Of a stretch of 64,000 bases of DNA, positions 17,858-30,254 are shown piece by piece. The position numbers were made by a program, and so were the translations under genes. Positions within the stretch are counted from its first letter, which is position 1. Every line of letters starts with the position of its first letter. Source of the DNA: Anaeromyxobacteraceae bacterium (GTDB taxonomy: Bacteria; Myxococcota; Myxococcia; Myxococcales; Anaeromyxobacteraceae); NCBI GenBank assembly GCA_047602405.1, contig JASGHJ010000002.1:1-64000 (forward strand). Direction: 5' to 3'. The notes beneath the pieces were generated by a model that searched no databases, had not been told where the DNA came from, and saw only the letters and a list, made by a program, of their open reading frames with translations.

Positions 17858-19365
17858 GGAGCAACCTCCCGCGCGGCGGGCGCCGCGGTGAACGCCGCCG
17901 GGCAGCGGTCCTTCAGCGGGCGCAGGGCGTCGCGGATGGACTCCGCGAGCGCGTGGTCGCCCTCCGCGAGCGCGAGCTGGACCGCGTCGGCGTAGGCGAC
18001 CGCGGCCTCGGGGCAGCGATCGCCGTCCGCGAGGGCGAGCCCGAGCACGCGTCGGGCGCGGGGGCTCGATGGCGCGGCGCGCACCGCCCGCTCGGCATGG
18101 GGGAGGGCCTCGGCGGGGCGCCGCTGCTCGAGGAGGCTCGCCGCGAGGCGCCAGCGGGCCTCGGCCTGCTCCGGCGCGAGCGCGAGCGCGCGCCCGAGCG
18201 CCTCGTCCCGGCGCGAGGCGTCCGCGGGCCCGGGCGTGACCCGCGCGAGGAAGAGCCACGCGGCCGGGTCCCCGGCGTTGGCCGTGACCGCCTGCTCCGC
18301 GAGCGTGCGGGCGTCCTTCGGGCGCAGCGCCGCGAGGATGCGGAGCGCGGGGAGGAGCCCGGGCCGCTCGGCGAGGGCCTCGTCGGCCTCGCGGGTGAGC
18401 GCGCGCGAGAGCCGCTGGAACCGGCGCACCGGGCGGCGCGGCAGCTCGAGCCGGAGCGCGTGCACGCGGTCGGCCGGGAAGGGCCGCTCGGCCTCGAGCG
18501 GCGGCGGCTCGCCCAGGGTGACGTCGCGCGCGACGTAGCGGCCGCCGAGCACGTACGCGTCGAACTCGCGGTGGAACGAGGCCAGCGCGGCGGCGTCGTC
18601 GAGGTTCCACGCCGGGAACGCGGCCCGCCAGGCGGCGGGCGGCCGCTCCCCGCGCGCCAGGCGGCGGAGGTAGTCGTGGAACGCCGCCTGCCGGGTGTTC
18701 ACGAGGAAGTGCACGATCGCCCAGGCCGTGGCGTAGCCGTACGAGTTCAGGCCGGCGCCGGAGACGAACGCCTTCAGCTCCCACATGTTCGGCGGGCGCA
18801 CGAACCGATCGGGCGGCATCCCGCCGATGGAGGCGGCCGCGTGCGTCCACAGGCCGCCGTCGGCGCCGAGGCTCTCCATGTAGACCGCGAGCCCCTCCAC
18901 GACCCACATCGGCCGGCCGGGGAGGAGGTTCAGCGTCCAGCGGTGGGTGAGCTCGTGCGCGACGACCGCACGCAGCCCGCCGTCCATCCTCGCCGGGAGG
19001 ACGATGCGCTCGTGGCCCGCGTCGTCGCGCGAGAGGTAGGCCTCGACGTACTCGGGGGAGAACGTCTCGAAGTGCGCGTGCTCGGCGAAGACGACGACCT
19101 CGAGCCGGTCCGGGCGCTCGTGGAGCGCGAGGTCGGGCGGGAGCACGAAGCGCGCGAGCCCGCCGCGGACCGCGTCGTCGACCCGCTCGAGCTCGGCGGC
19201 GAACGCGCGCGCCTCGTCCCGCGGGAGGTCGGTGTGGACGACGAACCGGGCGGTGACGAGCTCTCGCCAGGGTGGTCCGCCGCGTGCCTCGCACACGAAG
19301 GCGTGCCCGCAGCCCGAGAGCGCGAGCGCGAGGAGCGGCGCGAGGGTGCGCGCGGGGCCCGGCAT
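17854..19365 (-). CDS. Lipoprotein DUF1570-like zincin/TPR protein, paralog 1
   Basis: ATG 19365, 7 nt after TAGGCT; LSGC; AHELTH; PMWVVEGLA; TPRs. Confidence 0.82.
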   Translation of the reverse strand: MPGPARTLAPLLALALSGCGHAFVCEARGGPPWRELVTARFVVHTDLPRDEARAFAAELERVDDAVRGGLARFVLPPDLALHERPDRLEVVVFAEHAHFETFSPEYVEAYLSRDDAGHERIVLPARMDGGLRAVVAHELTHRWTLNLLPGRPMWVVEGLAVYMESLGADGGLWTHAAASIGGMPPDRFVRPPNMWELKAFVSGAGLNSYGYATAWAIVHFLVNTRQAAFHDYLRRLARGERPPAAWRAAFPAWNLDDAAALASFHREFDAYVLGGRYVARDVTLGEPPPLEAERPFPADRVHALRLELPRRPVRRFQRLSRALTREADEALAERPGLLPALRILAALRPKDARTLAEQAVTANAGDPAAWLFLARVTPGPADASRRDEALGRALALAPEQAEARWRLAASLLEQRRPAEALPHAERAVRAAPSSPRARRVLGLALADGDRCPEAAVAYADAVQLALAEGDHALAESIRDALRPLKDRCPAAFTAAPAAREVAP

Positions 19366-19393
19366 CCCCGGCAGCCTACCAACCCGCACCGGG

Positions 19394-19428
19394 AGAAAAG
19401 AAGAGGGGCTCCCTCGCGGGAGCCCCTC
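19394..19428 (-). terminator. Intrinsic terminator after groEL
   Basis: GAGGGGCTCCC/GGGAGCCCCTC stem followed on the minus strand by TTCTTTTCT. Confidence 0.85.
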
Positions 19429-19456
19429 GGTGCTGCGGTGCCGGGTCAGGCGTGGA

Positions 19457-21151
<1,695 letters not shown>

Positions 21152-21445
21152 CTAGCCCTCGATCACGCCGAGGATGTCGTCCTCGCGCATGATCAGGTGC
21201 TCCTCGCCGTCGATTTTGATCTCGGTGCCCGCGTACTTCGAGAAGAGGATGCGGTCGCCGGCCTTCACGTCGAGCGGGCGGACCTTGCCGTCCTCGAGCA
21301 CCTTGCCGTTGCCGGCCGCGATCACCTTGCCCTCGATCGGCTTCTCCTTCGCCGAGTCGGGGATGATGATCCCGCCCTTGGTCTTCTCCTCCTCCTGCAT
21401 GCGCTTCACGATGAGACGGTCCTGAAGGGGACGGATCTTCGTCAT
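21152..21445 (-). CDS. groS: Co-chaperonin GroES
   Basis: [10 protein letters not shown]...[22 protein letters not shown]. Confidence 0.98.
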   Translation of the reverse strand: MTKIRPLQDRLIVKRMQEEEKTKGGIIIPDSAKEKPIEGKVIAAGNGKVLEDGKVRPLDVKAGDRILFSKYAGTEIKIDGEEHLIMREDDILGVIEG

Positions 21446-21519
21446 GGTGCGGTTCCTCCTTGAGCTGCTTCCTTGAGTTGCCCGCCGCCCGCTCGGGCGG
21501 GGGAAGGTTCGGTCGCCGG

Positions 21520-21546
21520 CTGGCAGTCGGATCGGCCGAGTGCCAA
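21520..21546 (-). promoter_or_regulatory. CIRCE-like operator (HrcA), proximal
   Basis: TTGGCACTC-N9-GACTGCCAG versus consensus TTAGCACTC-N9-GAGTGCTAA. Confidence 0.8.
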
Positions 21547-21557
21547 CGGGCCGGCGA

Positions 21558-21585
21558 ATCCTAATCACCGGTCGAGGGCAGTCAA
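21558..21585 (-). promoter_or_regulatory. Sigma-70-like promoter for groESL
   Basis: TTGACT-N16-TAGGAT immediately upstream of the proximal CIRCE. Confidence 0.6.
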
Positions 21586-21638
21586 GCGCCGGACTCGCTG
21601 CGTCAGGTGGGCGCGACGCCTGGGGAATTTTCACCTGG

Positions 21639-21665
21639 CTGGCAGTCCCGACCGGGGACTGCTCA
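21639..21665. promoter_or_regulatory. Second CIRCE-like operator
   Basis: CTGGCAGTC-N9-GACTGCTCA. Confidence 0.6.
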
Positions 21666-21818
21666 GGGTGCGGCTGGCGGTCGCACGTCCCCTCTGCCAG
21701 ACCAAAAATCCTGATGAATCCCGGGGGGTTGAAAACGGGCCCTGGTCCTGGGCACCCTGGGTAGGGTGGCCCGGCAAGGCGAGGGAGCCGGACCGGTCCC
21801 GAGGAGGTGCGACCGGAC

Positions 21819-22499
21819 GTGACGACCCCGATCCTCGTCGGAAAGAGCGCGCAGGAGTGGTTCCGGGAGATGGTCTCCGAGACCCTCGGTACCCGGCGGC
21901 TGAAGGTGCAGGAGGTCACGGAGTTCTACCTCGTGAACGTCCTCACCGGGTTCCTCGGCCGGGAGAAGCTGTACGTCGAGGACGCGGAGGGGAACGTCGA
22001 CGCCGAGCCCCTCGCCCTCATCCTCCTGCGCGCGCTCCAGGCCGAGCGTCGCGAGCGGATGGCGGGCCTGCGCCGGCTCGGCGACACCGCGCTCTTCGTC
22101 TCGGGCTTCTTCGGGGACTCGCTCGCCGGCCGGCCGGTCGACGTCGACTACTACATCTCCATGGGCGAGCGCGCCTACGCCACCCTGGCCGAGGACGGCC
22201 GCGGGCCGGCGGCGCCCTTCGACGAGCTCTCGGATCGCTTCGGCGAGTTCGTCGACCTCTTCGCCGAGATCGCCGAGATGTCGCAGCTGCGCTCCAACCG
22301 CGGCCTCGTGAAGCTCTACGAGCGCTGGATGCTCACGCGCTCGGAGCGCGTCGCGAACCTGCTCCGGCAGCGGGGGGTGGCGCTGTTCTCGGGGCCTGTG
22401 CCTCCGGGGGGCTCGGCGCCCCCCGCCCCGCCGAGCGAAGCTCGTCGGGGCCCCACCCCGGCAGCAAGGTTCAACCCCGGAAAGAAGCTCCTCCAGTGA
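21819..22499 (+). CDS. Hypothetical protein divergent from groES, with a family-B repeat in frame near its C-terminus
   Basis: GTG 21819 downstream of [21 protein letters not shown] and DYYISMG look like conserved motifs. Confidence 0.8.
   Translation: MTTPILVGKSAQEWFREMVSETLGTRRLKVQEVTEFYLVNVLTGFLGREKLYVEDAEGNVDAEPLALILLRALQAERRERMAGLRRLGDTALFVSGFFGDSLAGRPVDVDYYISMGERAYATLAEDGRGPAAPFDELSDRFGEFVDLFAEIAEMSQLRSNRGLVKLYERWMLTRSERVANLLRQRGVALFSGPVPPGGSAPPAPPSEARRGPTPAARFNPGKKLLQ
22403..22466. repeat. 64-bp palindromic repeat, family B, copy 2 (within CDS)
   Basis: Identical to 846-909; translates as [21 protein letters not shown]. Confidence 0.9.
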
Positions 22500-23164
22500 G
22501 CGCGGGCGAGACGCTCGCGTTCCTGCAGGCCGAGCTCGAGGCCATCAACGGCGTCGAGGCGCCGCGCGTGGGCGAGTTCCTCGTCGATCGCGCCGCCGCG
22601 CAGGCGGCCGGCCGCGCGCCGCGGGCGCCGGAGGAGCTGCTCGTCGTCGAGGAGGGCGAGGAGGTGTCGCTCGGGCTGTTCCTCGACGACGACGTGCTCG
22701 GCGCCGCCGCGCGCGCCGACCCGCACCACCGCCGGCCGAAGCTCGTGGCCCGCGGCGCCCTCGGCCGGCTCGCCTGCGCGGCGGAGGGCGTCTCGCACTT
22801 CGTCTACGTCGCGGCGTGCGCCGCCGAGGGCCGCCCGGTCTCGCTCCTCGAGCTCGAGGTGCAGGCCGAGGTCGACAAGTTCGCGCTGCTCCTCCTGCAC
22901 CTCTGGCGCCGCGGCCTGCGCGGGGCCTCGCGCGCGCTGCGGGGCCGGCTCTTCGAGCGCGTCCGCTTCCACGCGCACCTCGGCGGCGACGAGCTCGCGC
23001 GCTACCGCGAGGCGAACCGGCTCGGCGGCGGCTACGCGCGCTGGCTCGAGGGCCGGTACGTCGAGGACGCCGACATCGACGGGCTGCTCCGCGAGCTGCG
23101 CCGGACCTACCGGCGCGCGGGCGGCGAGAAGCTGGGCTACCTGGAGGCGCGGGCGGCGCGGTGA
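22496..23164 (+). CDS. Hypothetical protein, translationally coupled
   Basis: GTGA overlap; EGVSHF and LELEVQAEVDKF motifs. Confidence 0.8.
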   Translation: MSAGETLAFLQAELEAINGVEAPRVGEFLVDRAAAQAAGRAPRAPEELLVVEEGEEVSLGLFLDDDVLGAAARADPHHRRPKLVARGALGRLACAAEGVSHFVYVAACAAEGRPVSLLELEVQAEVDKFALLLLHLWRRGLRGASRALRGRLFERVRFHAHLGGDELARYREANRLGGGYARWLEGRYVEDADIDGLLRELRRTYRRAGGEKLGYLEARAAR

Positions 23165-23194
23165 CCGCCCCCGGGGGCGCGAGGCCGCCGGGGC

Positions 23195-23626
23195 TCAGTC
23201 GCCCTTCGGCGGGCACGGCGTGCAGGAGACCACCGCGCTCCACTCCCCGAGCCCGCCCTGGGCGGTCTGGGTGCGCAGCTGGAGGTCCGACGACTTGAAC
23301 CGCAGCGAGAGCGTCTCGATCGGCCGATCGCCGCTCGAGGAGCTCTGCACGCTCGCGACCTGCACGTCGAACATCTTCAGCTTGTAGAAGTCCTGCGCCT
23401 TCTCGCCGGCGCCCGAGACGACGAGGGTCGCGTCGCCGAGCGGCGTCGAGCCGCACGCCGCGCCCACGAGCGCCGGGGAGGAGCGGTCGGACACCTTGAC
23501 GACGTGGAGGTCGCGCAGCGAGCGGCCCTGGGCGCTGCCCCAGCTGAACGAGGCGAGCTCGATCCAGTCCCGGTGCGCGTCGCTCGTGCTCTCACCGGCG
23601 ATGCCGTCGAACTTGATGAAGATCAT
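23195..23626 (-). CDS. hcp: Hcp-family (T6SS tube) protein, orphan
   Basis: IFIKFDGIAGES...HRDWIELASFSWG; DRSSPAL; PIETLSLRF. Confidence 0.88.
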   Translation of the reverse strand: MIFIKFDGIAGESTSDAHRDWIELASFSWGSAQGRSLRDLHVVKVSDRSSPALVGAACGSTPLGDATLVVSGAGEKAQDFYKLKMFDVQVASVQSSSSGDRPIETLSLRFKSSDLQLRTQTAQGGLGEWSAVVSCTPCPPKGD

Positions 23627-23636
23627 CGTGGCTCCT

Positions 23637-24125
23637 TCAGGAGAGCGAGAGGTCGAGGGCGAGCTCGCGCGAGCCGCCGTGCTGGGAGAGCTCCGTCACG
23701 AGCAGCGTGCCCCGGACGCCGGCGTACGCGCCGGTGCCGCCGAGCACGGCGCACTCCGGGCCGGACTCCGGCCCGACCGCGTAGAGCGCGCCGCCGGTGA
23801 GCGTGAGCTGGTGGATGAAGAGGCCCGCGCGATCCGACGGATCGAGCGGCTGGGCCCGGAAGCTGCCCGCCCCCGCGCCGGTCCTCGCGTCGACGAGGCT
23901 GCCGGAGCTCGCGCCGAGGGTCGTGACCGGCACGCCGTCGACGGGCGGCGGCGCGGAGAGGTGCGCGCTCGCGAGGAACGACGCGCTCGCGCCGGGGCCG
24001 GTGGGGTGAGACGCGCCGGTCGCGCCGGGCGAGGCGCCGGCGCAGGACGTCACCGCGAACCCGCCGAGCGCGACCGCCACGCCCTGCAGGAACGAGCGGC
24101 GATCGGAGCCGCCTGGATCGCTCAT
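23637..24125 (-). CDS. Tat-exported (lipo)protein, possibly dirigent/AOC-like barrel
   Basis: DRRSFLQG twin-arginine motif; VTSC; AVLGGTGAYAGVRG. Confidence 0.65.
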   Translation of the reverse strand: MSDPGGSDRRSFLQGVAVALGGFAVTSCAGASPGATGASHPTGPGASASFLASAHLSAPPPVDGVPVTTLGASSGSLVDARTGAGAGSFRAQPLDPSDRAGLFIHQLTLTGGALYAVGPESGPECAVLGGTGAYAGVRGTLLVTELSQHGGSRELALDLSLS

Positions 24126-24146
24126 GGATGTTTCCCTCGAGGGCGC

Positions 24147-25643
24147 CTACCCGTCCCGCGGGGCGGCGGGGAGCAGGAAGCCGAGGGAAGCGTAGCGCCG
24201 CAGCGCGGCCAGCAACTGGGCTCGATCGGGGCTGCCGCTCCGGGACGTCACATGACTCACCACGTCACCGAGCGTGCGTCCCTCGTCGCAGGTACGCAGG
24301 AGCTCCAGGCCGGCAGGATCGAGCGCACCGTGGAAGCCCAGGCCCCCCTCCAGGGACAGGATCACGTTCTCGACGTGGAGCTCGCCGGCCTCGAGGGCGG
24401 ACCGCTGGAGGAGCCGGCAGGCGGGATCGAGCCGCCAGCGGCCCGCGAGGAACGCGTCGTCGCCCGCCGCGGGATCCACCGCCGGCATCGCCTCGAGCAT
24501 CCGCGCGAGGTGATCGCCGGCGCCGGGGCGCGGCGCCTCGACGTACTCCTCGGCCTGGAAGCGCGCGGCCTCGCCGCCCGCGCCGGCGGGGCCCTCGCCC
24601 GCGGCGGGCCGGCGGATCGCGAGCACGCCCTGGCCGATGGCGGCGATGCCGCGGCGGGCGTGGTCCGCGCTCCAGCGCTCGAGCGCGGCGGCGTAGGCCT
24701 CGCGGTCGGTCGAGCGCGTCCACGCGGCGGCGTAGTCGAGGGGGCGGGTGAGGCCGCGGCAGAGCAGGAGCGCGTCGCAGCCGGAGCCGGCGAGCCAGCG
24801 CCGGGGGCCCGCGTCGAAGGGTTCGCCGGCGCCGACCGCCCAGTTGCAGAGCATCACCGCGACGCCGCCCGGCGCGAGGTGCGCCGCGGCGCCGGCCGCG
24901 ACCTCCGCCGACACGCCGTCGCCGCCGCGCCCGCCGTCGCGGAACGTGAAGGCCGAGTCGGGCGAGATGACGTAGGGCGGGTTCGAGACCACGAGGTCGA
25001 AGCGGCGGCCCGCGACCGGCGCGAAGAAATCGCCCTCCCGGAACTCGACGTTCCGGACGCCGTTCACGCGCGCGTTGAAGCGCGCGGCGGCGAGGGCGCG
25101 CGGGTTCTTGTCGACGCCGGTGACGTGCCCGGCGTGGCGCGCGAGCAGGAACGCCTGCACGCCGCTGCCGCAGCCCATGTCGAGCGCGGTCCCGACGCGC
25201 CGCCGCGGCGTGAGCTGCGCGAGGCTCACCGTCGGCGGGTTCACGCCGAGCACGTGGTCGACGCCGTCGGGGCCGGCCGCGGTCATCACGTCGGAGGCGA
25301 CGAGGAGGTCCTCGAACGCCGCGATCCCCTGGAGCGGCCGCACCTCGCCGCCCTCGAGCGCGAGGAGCCCCATCTCCTGGAGCGCCCCGGGCGTGAGCGG
25401 CGCCAGCGCCGCGCGGGCCTCCTCGAGCGGCACGGGCACGAGGAGCGCGAAGAGCCGGAGCAGCGTCGCGAGCGGGCCGGGCGCGGCCGCGAGCCGGCGC
25501 AGGTAGAGCGGCAGGTCGGCGTGCCGGGGCGCGCCCGCGGCGGGCGGGTCCCCGAGGAGCGCCGCGGCCTCGGGCCCGAGGTAGCCGTGCCGGACGAGGA
25601 GCTCCCGGAGCTCGGTCACGCCCGCGACGTCGTGCTTCAGCAT
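24147..25643 (-). CDS. Class I SAM-dependent N-methyltransferase (MTS/HemK-like)
   Basis: ALDMGCGSGVQ; FDLVVSNPPY; ATG 25643 after GGGAG. Confidence 0.88.
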   Translation of the reverse strand: MLKHDVAGVTELRELLVRHGYLGPEAAALLGDPPAAGAPRHADLPLYLRRLAAAPGPLATLLRLFALLVPVPLEEARAALAPLTPGALQEMGLLALEGGEVRPLQGIAAFEDLLVASDVMTAAGPDGVDHVLGVNPPTVSLAQLTPRRRVGTALDMGCGSGVQAFLLARHAGHVTGVDKNPRALAAARFNARVNGVRNVEFREGDFFAPVAGRRFDLVVSNPPYVISPDSAFTFRDGGRGGDGVSAEVAAGAAAHLAPGGVAVMLCNWAVGAGEPFDAGPRRWLAGSGCDALLLCRGLTRPLDYAAAWTRSTDREAYAAALERWSADHARRGIAAIGQGVLAIRRPAAGEGPAGAGGEAARFQAEEYVEAPRPGAGDHLARMLEAMPAVDPAAGDDAFLAGRWRLDPACRLLQRSALEAGELHVENVILSLEGGLGFHGALDPAGLELLRTCDEGRTLGDVVSHVTSRSGSPDRAQLLAALRRYASLGFLLPAAPRDG

Positions 25644-25669
25644 GGTGGGCTCCCGGTGCGAGGACCTGC

Positions 25670-26377
25670 TCAGAAGCGGAGCACGAACCGGGGGCGGTCG
25701 AGCCAGAGCACCGCGAGGTGCACGCCGATCGAGCCCGGAGGCCGCGCGAGGCCGTAGAGCACGGCGGTCGCGAGGAGGGCGACGAGGACGCCGGCGACGG
25801 CGCGCCACGGCGGCGCCCGGTGCGCCCCCGCGAGCGCGAGCGCGAGGTAGGTCACCTGCGCGCACACGAGGCCGTAGAAGAGCGCCGTGCCGATCCGGGG
25901 ATGGGCCGCGAAGGCGGCGTCGACGTTCGCGGCCCCGGACGCCGCGACGAGCCCGAAGGAGATGCCGTAGGTGACGAGCGTGAGCAGGAGCCCCGGCCCT
26001 CCGCCGGCGTAGAGCGCCATCGCGAGCGAGGCGCGGTACGGCTCGCGCGAGCCGAGCGCGCGGAGCACGAGGTGGGCGATCGAGCCGAGGAGCGCCCAGT
26101 GCACGTACGGCACGAGCGCGGCCAGCACCTGGCCCGCGAGGTGCGGCGGGCCCTGGATGCCCGCGAGCGCCTGCGCCCCGGAGAGGATCGCCGCCGAGGT
26201 CGCGAGGAAGCCGAGCGGGTTGAGCTCGGCCGAGGTGCCCTCCGCCCAGGCGCGCCCGAACGCGCGCGGCCGGAGGAGCGCGCCCAGGGTCGCGGCGGCG
26301 TACCCCCGGAGCTCGCGCGCGAGGGCCCGCGCGCCGTCGGCGATCCAGTCGGGGGGAGGGCTGGCGGACGGGGACAG
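25670..26377 (-). CDS. Multi-pass membrane protein (Yip1-like), start uncertain
   Basis: Frame stays open and coding-like upstream of the ORF-track start (LLRPRAFGRAW...LNPLGFL); in-frame CTG at 26377 follows AGGAG. Confidence 0.6.
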   Translation of the reverse strand: MSPSASPPPDWIADGARALARELRGYAAATLGALLRPRAFGRAWAEGTSAELNPLGFLATSAAILSGAQALAGIQGPPHLAGQVLAALVPYVHWALLGSIAHLVLRALGSREPYRASLAMALYAGGGPGLLLTLVTYGISFGLVAASGAANVDAAFAAHPRIGTALFYGLVCAQVTYLALALAGAHRAPPWRAVAGVLVALLATAVLYGLARPPGSIGVHLAVLWLDRPRFVLRF

Positions 26378-26399
26378 GGGGGCTCCTGGCGGGATGGTA

Positions 26400-27326
26400 T
26401 CAGCGCGGCCCGGCCGCGGGCCACGCCGCGAGGAAGGCGCGCCCCTGCTTCAGCACGAACCGCTTGAACTCGGTGGCGCCGGGCGAGAGCCGGCGGCCGG
26501 TGCGGTGGACGACGTTCCAGTCGCGGACGATGGGCAGCCCCTCGACGTCGAGCACCGCGAGCTGGCCGGCCGCGACCTCGAGGCCGATCGCGTGGCGGGA
26601 GATGAAGGCGAGCCCCATCCCGGCCATCACGGCCTGCTTGATGGTCTCGTTGCTCGCGATCTCGGTCTCCGAGCGGGGCCGGATCCGGTGCGCGCCGAAG
26701 AAGCGCTCCATCGCGGCGCGGGTGCCGCTCCCGGGCTCGCGGACGAGGAACGGCTCCTCGGCGAGCGCGCGGACCGGGACGCGCCGGGCGCGCGCGAGCG
26801 GGTGATCCGGCGCCGACACGACCACCAGCGGGTGCTTCGCGAACGCGAAGGCGGTCGTCTCGAGGTGGCGGGGCGGGGTGCCCATGAGCGCGAGGTCGAT
26901 CGCGTTGTCGACGAGGAGCTGGATGACCTCCTGCCGGTTGTTCACCCGCAGGCGCAGCTCGATGCCGGGGTGGAGCTTCGCGAACTGGGAGAGGAGCTTC
27001 GGGGCGAAGTACTTGGCGGTCGAGACCACCGCGATGTCCACCCGGCCGGCCTCGAGGCCGCGCAGCGCCGCGAGCGCGTCCCGCGCGTCGTCGACGGCGC
27101 GCAGCGCCACCTGGGCGTGGAGGAGGAGCTCCTTCCCCGCGCCGGTGAGCAGCACCTCGCGCGCGTGGCGCTCGAGGAGCGGCAGCCCGGCGAGCGCCTC
27201 GAGGGCCTTCACCTGCATCGAGACGGCGGGCTGGGTGAGGTTGAGCTCGCGCGCCGCGTGCGTGAACGAGCGGTGGCGGGCCACGGCGGCGAGCACGCGG
27301 AGCTGGTGGAGCGTGAGGTCCTGCAC
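26400..27326 (-). CDS. cbbR: LysR-family Calvin-cycle regulator CbbR
   Basis: LTLHQLRV...SFTHAARELNLTQPAVS; STAKYFAP; REPGSGTR; SNETIKQAV; divergent from cbbL. Confidence 0.93.
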   Translation of the reverse strand: MQDLTLHQLRVLAAVARHRSFTHAARELNLTQPAVSMQVKALEALAGLPLLERHAREVLLTGAGKELLLHAQVALRAVDDARDALAALRGLEAGRVDIAVVSTAKYFAPKLLSQFAKLHPGIELRLRVNNRQEVIQLLVDNAIDLALMGTPPRHLETTAFAFAKHPLVVVSAPDHPLARARRVPVRALAEEPFLVREPGSGTRAAMERFFGAHRIRPRSETEIASNETIKQAVMAGMGLAFISRHAIGLEVAAGQLAVLDVEGLPIVRDWNVVHRTGRRLSPGATEFKRFVLKQGRAFLAAWPAAGPR

Positions 27327-27330
27327 GCCT

Positions 27331-27378
27331 CCCTCGTCTCCGGCCCGCGGGAGCGGGCCCACGCTCGGGATGGAGCGG
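27331..27378 (-). repeat. REP-like element, family A, in the cbbR 5' region
   Basis: Reverse complement reads CCGCTCCATCCCGAGCGTGG-[hairpin]-CGGAGACGAGGG. Confidence 0.75.
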
Positions 27379-27388
27379 AGGAGCATCA

Positions 27389-27433
27389 TAAGCATTCCTG
27401 ATGCGAGAGTACAGCCAGCGTGATTGGCGTTGA
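27389..27433. promoter_or_regulatory. Candidate CbbR binding sites
   Basis: TAA-N7-TGA (27389-27401) and TGA-N7-TGA (27421-27433) fit the TNA-N7-TNA LysR/CbbR motif in an AT-richer intergenic patch. Confidence 0.6.
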
Positions 27434-28936
<1,503 letters not shown>

Positions 28937-28950
28937 CCGGAGCCTCCGCC

Positions 28951-29352
28951 ATGCGCCTGACCCAGGGCACCTTCAGCTTCCTGCCGGACCTCACCGACGC
29001 CCAGGTGAGGAAGCAGCTCGAGCACGCCATCGGCCGCGGCTGGGCGGTCTCCTTCGAGACCACCGACGACCCGCACCCGCGCAACACCTACTGGGACATG
29101 TGGGGCCCGCCGGCCTTCGACCCGCCCGACGTCGGGGCGCTGATGGCCGACCTCGCGGCGTGCCGCGCGGCGAACCCCGGCCGCTACGTGAAGGTGAACG
29201 CGTTCGACTCGTCCTCGGGCTGGGAGACGGTCCGCCTCTCGTTCATCGTGCAGCGCCCCGCGGTCGAGCGCGGCTTCACGCTCGAGCGCGAGGAGGGCCC
29301 CGGCCGCACGCAGCGCTACGCGATCCGGCGGGCCAGCGGGGGCGAGCGGTGA
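28951..29352 (+). CDS. cbbS: RuBisCO small subunit (red-type)
   Basis: [15 protein letters not shown]...[14 protein letters not shown]-terminal extension typical of red-type. Confidence 0.97.
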   Translation: MRLTQGTFSFLPDLTDAQVRKQLEHAIGRGWAVSFETTDDPHPRNTYWDMWGPPAFDPPDVGALMADLAACRAANPGRYVKVNAFDSSSGWETVRLSFIVQRPAVERGFTLEREEGPGRTQRYAIRRASGGER

Positions 29353-30254
29353 ACCTGGGGGTCGACCTCTCGGCGCTGCTCGCCTCGTCGAACGCGGCGG
29401 CGATCCTCGACGCGCTCGACCGCGAGCTCGTCGGGCTCGCCCCCGTGAAGCGGCGGGTGCGGGAGCTCGCGGCGCTGCTCGCGGTCGACCGCGCCCGGCG
29501 GGAGCTCGGCATCGCCGCCGGGCCGCCGTCCCTGCACATGTGCTTCACCGGCAACCCGGGCACCGGGAAGACCACCGTCGCGCTCCGGATGGCGGCGATC
29601 CTCCACGGGCTCGGGTACCTCAGGAAGGGCCACCTCGTCTCCGTGACCCGCGACGACCTCGTGGGCCAGTACGTCGGGCACACCGGCCCGAAGACGAAGG
29701 AGGTCGTGAAGAAGGCGCTCGGCGGCGTGCTCTTCATCGACGAGGCCTACGCGCTGCACCGGCCGGAGAACGAGCGCGACTACGGCGCCGAGGCCATCGA
29801 CCTGCTCCTCACGGTGATGGAGGAGCAGCGCCACGACCTCGTCGTGATCCTCGCCGGCTACGCCGACCGGATGGACCGCTTCTTCGAGTCGAACCCGGGC
29901 ATGGCCTCGCGGGTGGCGCACCACGTGGACTTCCCCGACTACGCCCGGGAGGAGCTCCTCGCGATCGCCGAGAAGATGCTCGAGGGGCTCCAGTACCGGT
30001 TCTCGCCCGCGGCGCGCGAGGCGTTCGACGCGTACCTGGGCCTGCGGATGGCGCGGCTGCGCTTCTCGAACGCCCGCTCGGTGCGGAACGCCCTCGACCG
30101 CGCCCGGCTCCGGCAGGCGAGCCGGCTCTTCGCGAAGGGCGGGCTCGCCGACCGCGACGCGCTCGTGACGATCGAGGAGGACGACATTCGCCGGAGCAGG
30201 GTGTTCGCGACCGCCGCGGCGGAGCCGCCTGGCGGTCCGGAGGAGCAGCCATGA
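29349..30254 (+). CDS. cbbX: RuBisCO activase CbbX (AAA+)
   Basis: [47 protein letters not shown]. Confidence 0.97.
   Translation: MNLGVDLSALLASSNAAAILDALDRELVGLAPVKRRVRELAALLAVDRARRELGIAAGPPSLHMCFTGNPGTGKTTVALRMAAILHGLGYLRKGHLVSVTRDDLVGQYVGHTGPKTKEVVKKALGGVLFIDEAYALHRPENERDYGAEAIDLLLTVMEEQRHDLVVILAGYADRMDRFFESNPGMASRVAHHVDFPDYAREELLAIAEKMLEGLQYRFSPAAREAFDAYLGLRMARLRFSNARSVRNALDRARLRQASRLFAKGGLADRDALVTIEEDDIRRSRVFATAAAEPPGGPEEQP

Noticed and set aside
23195..23626. Type VI secretion gene cluster
   Set aside because: Only hcp is present; no tssB/C, vgrG, clpV or membrane-complex genes in the window.
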